DNA of 64,000 nucleotides, taken from Candidatus Saccharimonadota bacterium. Lineage in GTDB: Bacteria > Patescibacteriota > Saccharimonadia > QS-5-54-17. The stretch spans positions 178,866 to 242,865 of the forward strand of contig JBJHCT010000001.1 of NCBI GenBank assembly GCA_050486185.1, read 5' to 3'. A model generated the notes under the pieces. The model did not search any database. It was given only the letters and a program-made list of their open reading frames with translations, and was not told where the DNA came from. Made by a program: the position numbers and the translations under genes. Shown in pieces: positions 27,931 through 36,267 of the stretch (positions within the stretch are counted from its first letter, which is position 1; every line of letters starts with the position of its first letter).

Positions 27931-29001
27931 ATGTCAGATTTAATCATACTGCTAGCCTGCTTATACGTCATAGGTCAACTAACTTATGGCTTTAAGGTCA
28001 AATATGCCTTTAGCGATGAATTAGACTCTAATAACGACTCAGATGATAACCTACCGACAGTATCACTACTGATACCGGCCCGAAATGAGACTCATGCTAT
28101 TACTAATGCCTTACATAACGCACTATCTCTAGAGTATCCCAAACTAGAAATTGTAGTGCTTGATGATCAATCGGGTGATAATACGTCAGAGAAGATTCGC
28201 TCCTTTGCTCATGATGGCATTAGATTTATAGAAGGAGAGCCCCTGCCTGAAGGGTGGGTGGGTAAAAACTGGGCCAACCACCAATTAGCTGAAGCTGCTA
28301 GTGGTGAGGTGTTAATTTTTTGTGATGTCGATGTTTGGCTCAACACTCAAGGTTTGCATCTATTGGTAGATCGGGTAGTGCATACTAGATTTAAGGCCGT
28401 CTCAGTAGTACCTAAACTACTACCTAAGAGTGGGCTTGAATTACTACTCTTTCCCGTGCTGCACTGGTTGCTAGTCAGCAGCTCTTATTTAAAGAGTAGC
28501 AATCTCCTAGCCTACAGTGGATTGTTAGCTTTTGATAGGTCGGCCTACCTCAAACACGGCGGGTATGCTAAATATGCCGATAAAGTATTACCAGAGTTTT
28601 GGATGGGAAAAGACTTTAGTAGAACAAGCAGCCTTGGTTTTAAAAGCTACCGCAATAACGGCTTTAATTTTACTTTCAAGAAAAAGCCTTCTAGTCTACT
28701 CGAGTCTCGTCTGCGCTACTTAAGGCCGATGTATAGAGGATTTCCCTTTATAGCGGCTAAACATATCATCTACCTAGCAGCTCCCCTAGCGGCCCTAATA
28801 ACTAGTTTGTGGGTCTATTTAGGAGTCAGCCTTGTATATAGTTTATCTATGCACCAACACATTAAACACTGGTGGTTAATACCCTTAACCTTGCCGGTAA
28901 TCTGTCTAGTAGAGCTAATCCTACTAGCTCTATCAATGTACCAACACCTAAGACAAGAGGTGTCCTGGAAGGATAGAGCATTACAGCCTAGTGCTCACTA
29001 A
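27931..29001 (+). CDS. Family 2 glycosyltransferase with C-terminal transmembrane segments
   Basis: VSLLIPARNE, VVLDDQSGDNT and FCDVDVW (DxD) motifs, with hydrophobic helices at both ends. Confidence 0.8.
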   Translation: MSDLIILLACLYVIGQLTYGFKVKYAFSDELDSNNDSDDNLPTVSLLIPARNETHAITNALHNALSLEYPKLEIVVLDDQSGDNTSEKIRSFAHDGIRFIEGEPLPEGWVGKNWANHQLAEAASGEVLIFCDVDVWLNTQGLHLLVDRVVHTRFKAVSVVPKLLPKSGLELLLFPVLHWLLVSSSYLKSSNLLAYSGLLAFDRSAYLKHGGYAKYADKVLPEFWMGKDFSRTSSLGFKSYRNNGFNFTFKKKPSSLLESRLRYLRPMYRGFPFIAAKHIIYLAAPLAALITSLWVYLGVSLVYSLSMHQHIKHWWLIPLTLPVICLVELILLALSMYQHLRQEVSWKDRALQPSAH

Positions 29002-29024
29002 TTCATAAATAGTTTAGATTTTTA

Positions 29025-30656
29025 CTACTTTTTATCAACTTTGGTTTTAGGATGTTTCGGTATGGCGCAATAAAAGGTAGAGCCTTTATTAAGTTTGCTC
29101 TCAAACCAAACTCTACCACCCATAGACTCAATTAAGCGCTTGGTGATATACAGTCCTAGGCCCGTACCGCCGCTTTGTCTGGTGCGGTAGTCCTCGCTAC
29201 GGTAGAACTTCTCAAAGACATGCTTTTGATCGGAAGAGGATATACCGATACCGCTATCTTCTACAGCTATAACTACCCCATCATCCTCGCTATCGGGTTG
29301 AGCCGATATGACAATCTCCCCTTTTTCGGTGTACTTAATAGCGTTGGTTATAAAGTTCTGCATGATTTCTTTAACAGCATCGACACTAGCCCAAACGCTG
29401 CCAACATCTTTATCGATATCAACTTTAAGTTTTAGATTCTTGTCGCCAGCTTGCTGCTTGTAGTCCTCTGCTATTTTTTCTAGCAATTCCTTAACATCAA
29501 CTTCCCCAACTTTAAGCTGCAATCTACCTCTTTCAGCCTGAGCTAATACATACAAATCATCTACTAGATTACTTAAGAATATTACGTTTTCGTGCGCTTG
29601 TTCTAGGAGTTTGCGCCCATCTTCATTTAGTTGGTCGGCAAACTTAGGTAACATAGCTGTTGATATGTTGGCTTCAGCTATAGCTATGGGGGTACGTAAT
29701 TCGTGTGAGGCTACCGATATGAACTCATCTCTTTGCTCATCCAGTGACTTTTTCTTGGTGATATCGCGCAGTAAGAATATGAAGCCTTCTTGCTGTCTAT
29801 CAGCTCCTGGAGTCGATACAGCCGAGGCATTAATACTCAAGCTGACCTCTGAGCCATCACCAGGATCAAATCCAATATCATCTCTCATCATAGATCCACC
29901 GGCCTTAGCTATATCGGTAACTAGATTAACCGACTGATCTTTGCCATCGTAAAATTTAGCTAGATCGTTGATATTGAGATCTTGCAGTGTTTTGTTGGTA
30001 TCAAATAACTCCAAAGTTGCGCCGTTATATAGCAGGATATTGCCCTTACTATCAGTAGCAATTACGGCATCACGCATACTGTTAATTAGCCTAAGCAACC
30101 TAGCACGCTCGAAATAGAGATTCTGATTGTCTTGTTTGTGAGTATCGGTATCGGCCTGTTGGTAGCTAACTACTCTCTCAAATAGTACTGCCAGAAAAGT
30201 AAGACCTGCCATATATAGACCTATTTGATAGATTAACTCCCCTGATATCGATCCGAACTGTACGGTTACAGCTGCGATGATAGTGCCGAAACTAGCTATT
30301 AAGCTACCTATAGCTCCGAAACGGCCATACCAAATAACGGAAGTAAATAGCAGTAGAGTTAGTATCTGAAAGTACGGACCGAAAATATCGGTAAAGAATA
30401 TCAACAGCACTGCAGCAATACTGTGGTGCAAGATCATCAGCAGACTTTTAACCCTAGGTGCAGTGAAATCTCCTACCGGAAAGAACAGTGCTGGGATAAT
30501 ACCCAGAGCTGGCAAAAGGTAGAAGAGGTTACCTAAAGAGGTAGTAATAGTATCGGTGATGGAGTAATCGATAATGACGGCTGTAGCGATAATAATCTGA
30601 ACTACGTAAACAGACCTATCCTGCCGCATTGACGATAGTGCTTCTTTAAGATTCAT
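29025..30656 (-). CDS. Membrane sensor histidine kinase (orphan)
   Basis: About 6 N-terminal TM helices, a PAS-like region, the HisKA H-box ASHELRTPI, and N/G-box ATPase motifs (NAIKYT, DSGIGI, GGTGLGL). Confidence 0.85.
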   Translation of the reverse strand: MNLKEALSSMRQDRSVYVVQIIIATAVIIDYSITDTITTSLGNLFYLLPALGIIPALFFPVGDFTAPRVKSLLMILHHSIAAVLLIFFTDIFGPYFQILTLLLFTSVIWYGRFGAIGSLIASFGTIIAAVTVQFGSISGELIYQIGLYMAGLTFLAVLFERVVSYQQADTDTHKQDNQNLYFERARLLRLINSMRDAVIATDSKGNILLYNGATLELFDTNKTLQDLNINDLAKFYDGKDQSVNLVTDIAKAGGSMMRDDIGFDPGDGSEVSLSINASAVSTPGADRQQEGFIFLLRDITKKKSLDEQRDEFISVASHELRTPIAIAEANISTAMLPKFADQLNEDGRKLLEQAHENVIFLSNLVDDLYVLAQAERGRLQLKVGEVDVKELLEKIAEDYKQQAGDKNLKLKVDIDKDVGSVWASVDAVKEIMQNFITNAIKYTEKGEIVISAQPDSEDDGVVIAVEDSGIGISSSDQKHVFEKFYRSEDYRTRQSGGTGLGLYITKRLIESMGGRVWFESKLNKGSTFYCAIPKHPKTKVDKK

Positions 30657-30696
30657 TTCCTTATGTAGTATATCAGGTTATGCTTATGCTTCTAAT

Positions 30697-31683
30697 CTAG
30701 CTAGTCATACGTAAAATACTTTCTGCAACTACAAAGTAGATGATGATACTGCCAACATCTAAAATTATAGTGCCCAAAGGCCCACTAGCTACAGCTGGGT
30801 CTCGCCCTAATTTAATAAATATTCTAGGCAAGATTACAGCTACTACACCAGCCGTTACTACACTAATTAATACCGCTATAGCTACTATGATAGCTAGGGT
30901 TAAACCACCCAACCACAAGGTAATCGCAGCTGCTAAAAGAGCGCTTAATACTAATCCCATACTCACAGCTACCAAAAATTCACGGGCTAAAATAGAGGTC
31001 AGTTTGCTGGATAGACCAAAAGCGTAAGCTCTGATATAGATAGTCTGTACTTGAGTACCGACAGCATCAGCTAGATAGACTACTAGTGGTATAAAGGCAG
31101 CTAGTAGTATCTGTTCATTTAATGAGGCCTCAAACCAATTAACCACTAAAGCTGCAAGTAAGCCTCCGATTGCACCGTAAACTAACCAAGGTAGTCTAAG
31201 TTTGATTTGTTTAAACACGCCCAATTTACTGCTTAGATCTCTAGCGATCACACCAGACTCTTTGAGCATATCTTCAACATGTTCACTATGTAGGATTTTC
31301 AGTAGTTTATGTGGAGATACTACACCTATGAAGTTATCACCATCCATAACTGGGATTGATTTTAGGCTTTTTTGTAGAGCTAGTTTGACTATGTGTTCCT
31401 GATCAGTTTCTGCTGGAACCGAAGTTATATCACTAGTCATAAAGTTATCTACTCTAGCGCTGTCTGGTTGCATGAATAGCTGCCGGAGCGGCAATATGCC
31501 GGTTAGTTGGTTAGAGTTATCAACTACGTAAACATAATCTAGAGTGTCATACTTATCGGCATTAGCACGCAACAGCTGCATGACTTGAGATACGCTACTA
31601 CCCAATGAAACTGTAGCGATATTGCGATCACAGATAGCGCCGGCAGATTCAGCAGGGTAAGTTTTATTTGAATCAATCATCAA
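30697..31683 (-). CDS. mgtE: Magnesium transporter MgtE family (tandem CBS domains plus MgtE membrane domain)
   Basis: N-terminal CBS pairs and a C-terminal 5-TM MgtE-like region. Confidence 0.75.
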   Translation of the reverse strand: MMIDSNKTYPAESAGAICDRNIATVSLGSSVSQVMQLLRANADKYDTLDYVYVVDNSNQLTGILPLRQLFMQPDSARVDNFMTSDITSVPAETDQEHIVKLALQKSLKSIPVMDGDNFIGVVSPHKLLKILHSEHVEDMLKESGVIARDLSSKLGVFKQIKLRLPWLVYGAIGGLLAALVVNWFEASLNEQILLAAFIPLVVYLADAVGTQVQTIYIRAYAFGLSSKLTSILAREFLVAVSMGLVLSALLAAAITLWLGGLTLAIIVAIAVLISVVTAGVVAVILPRIFIKLGRDPAVASGPLGTIILDVGSIIIYFVVAESILRMTS

Positions 31684-31760
31684 CTAGTATTATACCTTGC
31701 TTTGGCAAATGTAGTTTATATATGGTTATTCAGATTAGTTAGCTAATGGAGTGATTTAAG

Positions 31761-32075
31761 TTATTTTTTAGGGAACAGACGTCTTTGAGAACCTATGCAG
31801 ATAGAAGAGCCCATCATTCTTGAAATCTCTAGGGTGGCGTCACCTGTGTTAAAGACTACTTCACCACCTTCTTCATAACCTCGACGAGCAACGCTATCTG
31901 CTAACTCTTCTAAATCTATACCGCTAAAGGCAGCTCTACTCAATTCACCGCGAATAATATCTCTCATCTGTAGCCTAACATCATCTGATGGGTATAGAAC
32001 TTCTGCATCGCCTTCCCACGGTTCTCTTAATTCATCTGGATCCGTCAGTACGTTAGGTAGTTCAGGACTATTCAT
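31761..32075 (-). CDS. Hypothetical protein
   Basis: 104-aa acidic ORF with no motif. Confidence 0.3.
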   Translation of the reverse strand: MNSPELPNVLTDPDELREPWEGDAEVLYPSDDVRLQMRDIIRGELSRAAFSGIDLEELADSVARRGYEEGGEVVFNTGDATLEISRMMGSSICIGSQRRLFPKK

Positions 32076-32121
32076 ACTTATATATTACACCACATTTAGA
32101 TATTGCTTCAATCTTTATTTG

Positions 32122-32197
32122 TGGCAGGGGTACCAGGATTCGAACCCGGACTACGACTTTTGGAGAGTCGTGTGCTAGCCGTTGACACTATACCCCT
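32122..32197 (-). tRNA. tRNA-Trp (anticodon CCA)
   Basis: Reverse complement: AGGGGUA acceptor, anticodon stem CGACU/AGUCG with loop CUCCAAA, T-arm GGUUCGAAUCC, G73 and CCA. Confidence 0.75.
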
Positions 32198-32903
32198 TCA
32201 ACTCACTAAATTCAGTATAAATCATTTCTAGTAACTTTCCGAGTCTCCTATCTAGGTATCTTATACTAATGCACCCTGGATAGTTGATACGCTTCGTTTT
32301 ACCGGCATGCTTCTTTAAGTAAGGTTTATGGAACTGATTTATTGGTATTTTTGTTACTTGTGACCAATATTCTGTCTGTGTAAGCGCATCATGATAGCTA
32401 TGTAAATGTATTAATGCTCTAAACTTAGATTCATCTAAATCGAAACACTCCCTTAAATAGCCCATGAATATTCTTACCATATTTGGATCAGAGTTAGCGA
32501 ACTGTATTCCTGCCGATATATCCTTACCCCCTTCACACCAAAATAGCATTGAGCATACTAGTTTTTTGTGAGATATATCTAGATTTATGTTTTTAGCAAT
32601 ATTTCTGGCAGATAAAGTAATTTCTTGATCTCTAGCAAGCTTTCTTTCCTTATTTATAGTTGCTAATTTATTGATATTATCTCTTTGTGTATTCCGGATT
32701 TTATGATTAGAAAAGTCTATACCATTTGAACTAAGCTTTATATCTTTAGTCCATGCATAGGCTGTAGACTTGGCAATATCAAGTTCCTGTGCGATTTCTG
32801 AATAGAAAAAACCTTGTTTTCTTAGCGTTACTGCTTCTTTTTTTATTTTCGAACTATAGCTCACTAATAACATAACCTCTTTATATAAGAAATTATACAG
32901 CAC
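32175..32903 (-). CDS. HTH-containing protein, possible degenerate LAGLIDADG-type homing endonuclease; its 3' end overlaps tRNA-Trp by 23 nt
   Basis: N-terminal HTH (YSEIAQELDIAKSTAYAW). Central LFWCEGGKDISAGIQFANSDPNMVRIFMGYLRECF vaguely resembles a LAGLIDADG block. Inserted between rpmG and tRNA-Trp. Confidence 0.35.
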   Translation of the reverse strand: MLYNFLYKEVMLLVSYSSKIKKEAVTLRKQGFFYSEIAQELDIAKSTAYAWTKDIKLSSNGIDFSNHKIRNTQRDNINKLATINKERKLARDQEITLSARNIAKNINLDISHKKLVCSMLFWCEGGKDISAGIQFANSDPNMVRIFMGYLRECFDLDESKFRALIHLHSYHDALTQTEYWSQVTKIPINQFHKPYLKKHAGKTKRINYPGCISIRYLDRRLGKLLEMIYTEFSELKGYSVNG

Positions 32904-32931
32904 TTAAATCTAATTGAAAAACAAACTCAGA

Positions 32932-33111
32932 TTAGTGTAGCTTCTTCTTTGATTCTCGATATATACTGCGTCTCTTAAGTAGTGGGTTGAACTTCTTAAG
33001 CTCTAATCGCTCTTCAGTGTTTCGAACGTTTTTAGTAGTGGTGTAGGTGCGGTGTCCTGTCTCTGTACACTCCATAGCGACAATACGTCTAGCACCTTGT
33101 TTCTTAGCCAT
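32932..33111 (-). CDS. rpmG: 50S ribosomal protein L33
   Basis: Translating the reverse strand by hand gives MAKKQGARRIVAMECTETGHRTYTTTKNVRNTEERLELKKFNPLLKRRSIYRESKKKLH (59 aa; below the ORF-track size cutoff). This matches L33. Confidence 0.8.
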   Translation of the reverse strand: MAKKQGARRIVAMECTETGHRTYTTTKNVRNTEERLELKKFNPLLKRRSIYRESKKKLH

Positions 33112-33269
33112 TTGATACCTCTTAAGTTATATATTTAGTTAAACAAGTAAGGATATTTACAGTGATATATTAATAATATAGCCGTTATTATCCGAGAGTT
33201 TTTATCAAACGTGTATTTTACGCTACATATTAACTACATGCAACACCTGCATGTGTAACTACGGCATTG

Positions 33270-33932
33270 TTAGGTCGTGATTCCTAAATCAACTACCATC
33301 TGCCAGACTGGGCGTACAGGATCCCCTACAGTGAAGGTTCCAACAGCAGGATTCCCGCGTGTCTTGAGCGTCATAGGTGAACCTGTCCCTACAAAAAGAT
33401 GTTCACAATAGGCAGAAACATTGCCCGATGCATTTGCGGCGTTATAGATTGCGACTTGCTGTTGGCCGTTCGATCCGTTAGTGATAGTCATATTGCCGCG
33501 ACCAGCAGTTGATCCGGTTAGGACTACCGCGAAAGCCCGATAGGCATATAGGCGGCCAGTCTCGGTATTAAACGTGAACTCAGAGCCAACTAAATCGACA
33601 GAGGCTCCTTCTGAAACAATCTGTTGTGTAGTACGAATATTAAACGCAAATCCTCCTGTACCCCCAGATGTTGCAGATACTACACCGTCGGGCTTGGGAG
33701 TAATAACCCCATCCACATAGCTCTTGTTAGCTACATCAGTGTCATTAACTGGATCTGCTGTTTGCAGCCTACCCCATTGATCATAAGCTGCTAGTTTACT
33801 TCCACCTGCTGTTACTCCATCATGTACTCTAAGAGTCTTATTAGTAGTATCTACTGTAACTTCACGTTGTGCTCCTGTGAAGTTATCATTATCTGTGCTG
33901 CTTCCACCTCTTAGTTGTACTTGGTCGGGCAT
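33270..33932 (-). CDS. Tail-fibre-repeat paralog #3 (real start at the MPDQVQLRGG Met, not the longer track ORF)
   Basis: Conserved N-module; unique C-terminal ~140 aa (jelly-roll-like, GC-richer). An upstream TTGTCT-N17-TATTAT promoter-like element is present. Confidence 0.7.
   Translation of the reverse strand: MPDQVQLRGGSSTDNDNFTGAQREVTVDTTNKTLRVHDGVTAGGSKLAAYDQWGRLQTADPVNDTDVANKSYVDGVITPKPDGVVSATSGGTGGFAFNIRTTQQIVSEGASVDLVGSEFTFNTETGRLYAYRAFAVVLTGSTAGRGNMTITNGSNGQQQVAIYNAANASGNVSAYCEHLFVGTGSPMTLKTRGNPAVGTFTVGDPVRPVWQMVVDLGITT
33727..33863. repeat. Arm 1 of a ~137-nt near-identical inverted repeat (5' coding module of paralog #3)
   Basis: About 3 mismatches to the reverse complement of 34976..35112. 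Confidence 0.7.
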
Positions 33933-34068
33933 AGTGTGTTTACTACCTTTTATAGAATTATATATCATAAGCATAATACTAAATTTATTACTGTTAGACA
34001 ATCTAAAATAAAATCTATCAAACTACTTCTATGGAGTTTGATAGTAAGTTGGTTATAATATTGTCTGT

Positions 34069-34143
34069 GCCCTGATAGCTCAGTGGTAGAGCGCTTCCAT
34101 GGTAAGGAAGAGGTCGCGAGTTCAATCCTCGCTCAGGGCTCCA
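34069..34143 (+). tRNA. tRNA-Thr (anticodon GGU)
   Basis: GCCCUGA acceptor, D-arm AGCUCAGUGGUAGAGC, anticodon loop AUGGUAA, T-arm GAGUUCAAUCCUC, CCA. Confidence 0.8.
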
Positions 34144-34217
34144 TATTAAAATAAATAGTTTTTGCTATAATCAGAAGCTGTTAGTATTCGTTTCTTTCCT
34201 GATGATACAATTATTAC

Positions 34218-34628
34218 ATGTCCCTATGTAAGAATTGCAGTACAGGATTAAACAGATTATCTAGTGTTTATTGTTCTAATAAATGCCAGAAAAATTACGA
34301 ATATGCTACGTACATTAAAAAGTGGAAACAAGGTAAAGTTACTGGTAGCAGAGGGGTTGATGCTAAGAATATTTCTAGGCATATTGTTAGATACCTAATC
34401 AGCAAGTATGAAGGTAGATGTGTAGAATGCGGCTGGAACAAGCTTCATCCAGTTACAGGTAACGTTTTACTAGAAGTAGATCATATAGATGGTGACTCGG
34501 ACAATAATCAGGAAGAGAATTTGCAGTTATTGTGTCCAAATTGCCATTCACTTACTAGTACATACAAAAATCTTAATAATGGTATGGGCAGAGAATGGAG
34601 AAGGTCTAAGTATATAAAATCTTCTTAG
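34218..34628 (+). CDS. HNH endonuclease with N-terminal zinc ribbon
   Basis: CKNCSTG...CSNKC ribbon, and the HNH core CVECGWNKLHPVTGNVLLEVDHIDGDSDNNQEENLQLLCPNCHS. Confidence 0.85.
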   Translation: MSLCKNCSTGLNRLSSVYCSNKCQKNYEYATYIKKWKQGKVTGSRGVDAKNISRHIVRYLISKYEGRCVECGWNKLHPVTGNVLLEVDHIDGDSDNNQEENLQLLCPNCHSLTSTYKNLNNGMGREWRRSKYIKSS

Positions 34629-34636
34629 TGTTTTTT

Positions 34637-34712
34637 GCCACCTTAGCTCAGTTGGTAGAGCAACGCTCTTGTAAAGCGTAGGTCGTCGGTTCGAGCCCGA
34701 CAGGTGGCTCCA
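34637..34712 (+). tRNA. tRNA-Thr (anticodon UGU)
   Basis: GCCACCU acceptor, anticodon stem ACGCU/AGCGU with loop CUUGUAA, T-arm GGUUCGAGCCC, CCA. Confidence 0.8.
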
Positions 34713-34728
34713 TAAATAACATACATAT

Positions 34729-34815
34729 GCCAGGGTAGCGAAGCGGCCAAACGCATCTGACTGTAAATCAGACGGCTTCATGCCTTCGGGGGTTCGAATC
34801 CCTCCCCTGGCACCA
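34729..34815 (+). tRNA. tRNA-Tyr (anticodon GUA), long variable arm
   Basis: GCCAGGG acceptor, anticodon loop CUGUAAA, extended variable arm, T-arm GGUUCGAAUCCC, CCA. Confidence 0.8.
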
Positions 34816-34821
34816 CATAAT

Positions 34822-34851
34822 TTGACTGTTGTGCCCTAACTACCCTATTAT
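34822..34851 (+). promoter_or_regulatory. Promoter of paralog #4 (TTGACT-N18-TATTAT)
   Basis: TTGACTgttgtgccctaactacccTATTAT. The AAAGGTAGA Shine-Dalgarno lies 8 nt before the ATG. Confidence 0.4.
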
Positions 34852-34906
34852 CTAAGAATAACCAGTATTTATACTTTTTTTATATAACCAAAGGTAGATA
34901 ATAATC

Positions 34907-35587
34907 ATGCCCGACCAAGTACAACTAAGAGGTGGTACAGAAGCAGAGAATAATAACTTCACAGGAGCAGCCAGAGAAGTTACAGTAGATACTACTAATA
35001 AGACTCTTAGAGTACATGATGGAGAAACAGCAGGAGGAAGTAAACTAGCAGCTTATGATCAATGGGGTAGGCTGCAAACAGCAGATCCAGTTAATGACAC
35101 TGATGTAGCTAATAAGCAGTGGGTTGAAGGGCATGTTAGTGGTGCTGCTACTCGTCGCGCACTTGTGATTCGCGATGATGTTCAAACAATCCCTAATGCC
35201 ACCACTACAGCAATGATATTCCAGACAGAGGTTTATGACGACGATGGCATGTTTGATATCGGATCACCAACCATGCTTGTTGTGCCATCCGGTGCGTCGA
35301 AAGTACGTGTGTCCGCTAGCGTGGTATGGGGAAGTAATGCAGACGGTCTGCGACAAGCGTTTATTGAACGCGACACTGGTGCAGGATTTACTGCGAGCTA
35401 TAACGGAGTAGCCCGGTTCGCAATGGACCCCGGGACTTCCAATCAGGCTTACTGGACAATGGCGACTGCCTGGATTGCATGTGATCCAGGTGATAAGTTT
35501 CAATTAGCTGTGCATCATACACGAGGAACCACTCTGCAAATGCAAGGCAGTGGTCTAACATGGATGATGATGGAGATATTAACATAA
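34907..35587 (+). CDS. Tail-fibre-repeat paralog #4
   Basis: Conserved N-module (MPDQVQLRGGTEAENNNFTGAAREVTVDTTNKTLRVHDGETAGG). Unique GC-richer C-terminal ~150 aa. Confidence 0.7.
   Translation: MPDQVQLRGGTEAENNNFTGAAREVTVDTTNKTLRVHDGETAGGSKLAAYDQWGRLQTADPVNDTDVANKQWVEGHVSGAATRRALVIRDDVQTIPNATTTAMIFQTEVYDDDGMFDIGSPTMLVVPSGASKVRVSASVVWGSNADGLRQAFIERDTGAGFTASYNGVARFAMDPGTSNQAYWTMATAWIACDPGDKFQLAVHHTRGTTLQMQGSGLTWMMMEILT
34976..35112. repeat. Arm 2 of the ~137-nt inverted repeat (5' module of paralog #4)
   Basis: Near-identical to the reverse complement of 33727..33863. Confidence 0.7.
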
Positions 35588-35658
35588 GGATAATAGATAA
35601 TCCTCATCAATCCTAACTTAGCTTTAATACACGCCACACTAAACCCATCGCAAAAGTA

Positions 35659-36267
35659 TTATGCTGGCATATTCCTAATCTGTTCTCTGACTTCCTCAGC
35701 CTTTTTGTACTGTTTAGCATTTTCATAAGCTTCTAGTAAGTATTCTAGATTTCTAGGGCTAGGGTCTTCTTCTACTACGTCTTCTAATATATCTACTACT
35801 CGTTTATGGTTCTCCATTTTCTGCAATACTTTAGCAAATACCAACATTCTTTTTACGGTCGGCTCTAAATCGATAACTTTTTCTAGTGCCGTAGCGGCCT
35901 CCTCTAGATTGCCGGTTCTAAACTGCAATACTCCTAGGTTGTACAAACTAGCTACTGAAGGAGCCAGTGATGAGGCGATGTCTAAACAGGCTATAGCATC
36001 ATCGGTTCTATTCATACGTGAATACAGTAAACCTAAGCGGTTATATGCTGCTGTGTTTTTTGGATCGTACTTTAATATCTTTAGCAACGCTCTTTCGGCG
36101 CTTTGGTACCTGCCTTTTTCTATAGCAGTCTCTGTATAGCTCCAAAAGCGCTTTATAGCTTGAGTCATTTTGGGAGTTTTAATATCTTGCATGTAGTATT
36201 TTTGGTATCTTTTGACACCTATAACTACCAAGACCATAGCTAATATAAGTAGGCTAATTTCCGCCAT
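35659..36267 (-). CDS. TPR-repeat protein with N-terminal membrane anchor
   Basis: N-terminal TM helix, followed by several 34-aa TPR-like repeats (AYNRLGLLYS..., LYNLGVLQFRTGN...). Confidence 0.65.
   Translation of the reverse strand: MAEISLLILAMVLVVIGVKRYQKYYMQDIKTPKMTQAIKRFWSYTETAIEKGRYQSAERALLKILKYDPKNTAAYNRLGLLYSRMNRTDDAIACLDIASSLAPSVASLYNLGVLQFRTGNLEEAATALEKVIDLEPTVKRMLVFAKVLQKMENHKRVVDILEDVVEEDPSPRNLEYLLEAYENAKQYKKAEEVREQIRNMPA

Noticed and set aside
34548-34781. 77-aa minus-strand ORF spanning tRNA-Thr(UGU) and tRNA-Tyr
   Set aside because: It overlaps two canonical tRNA genes, and its sequence is the antisense of tRNA stems.
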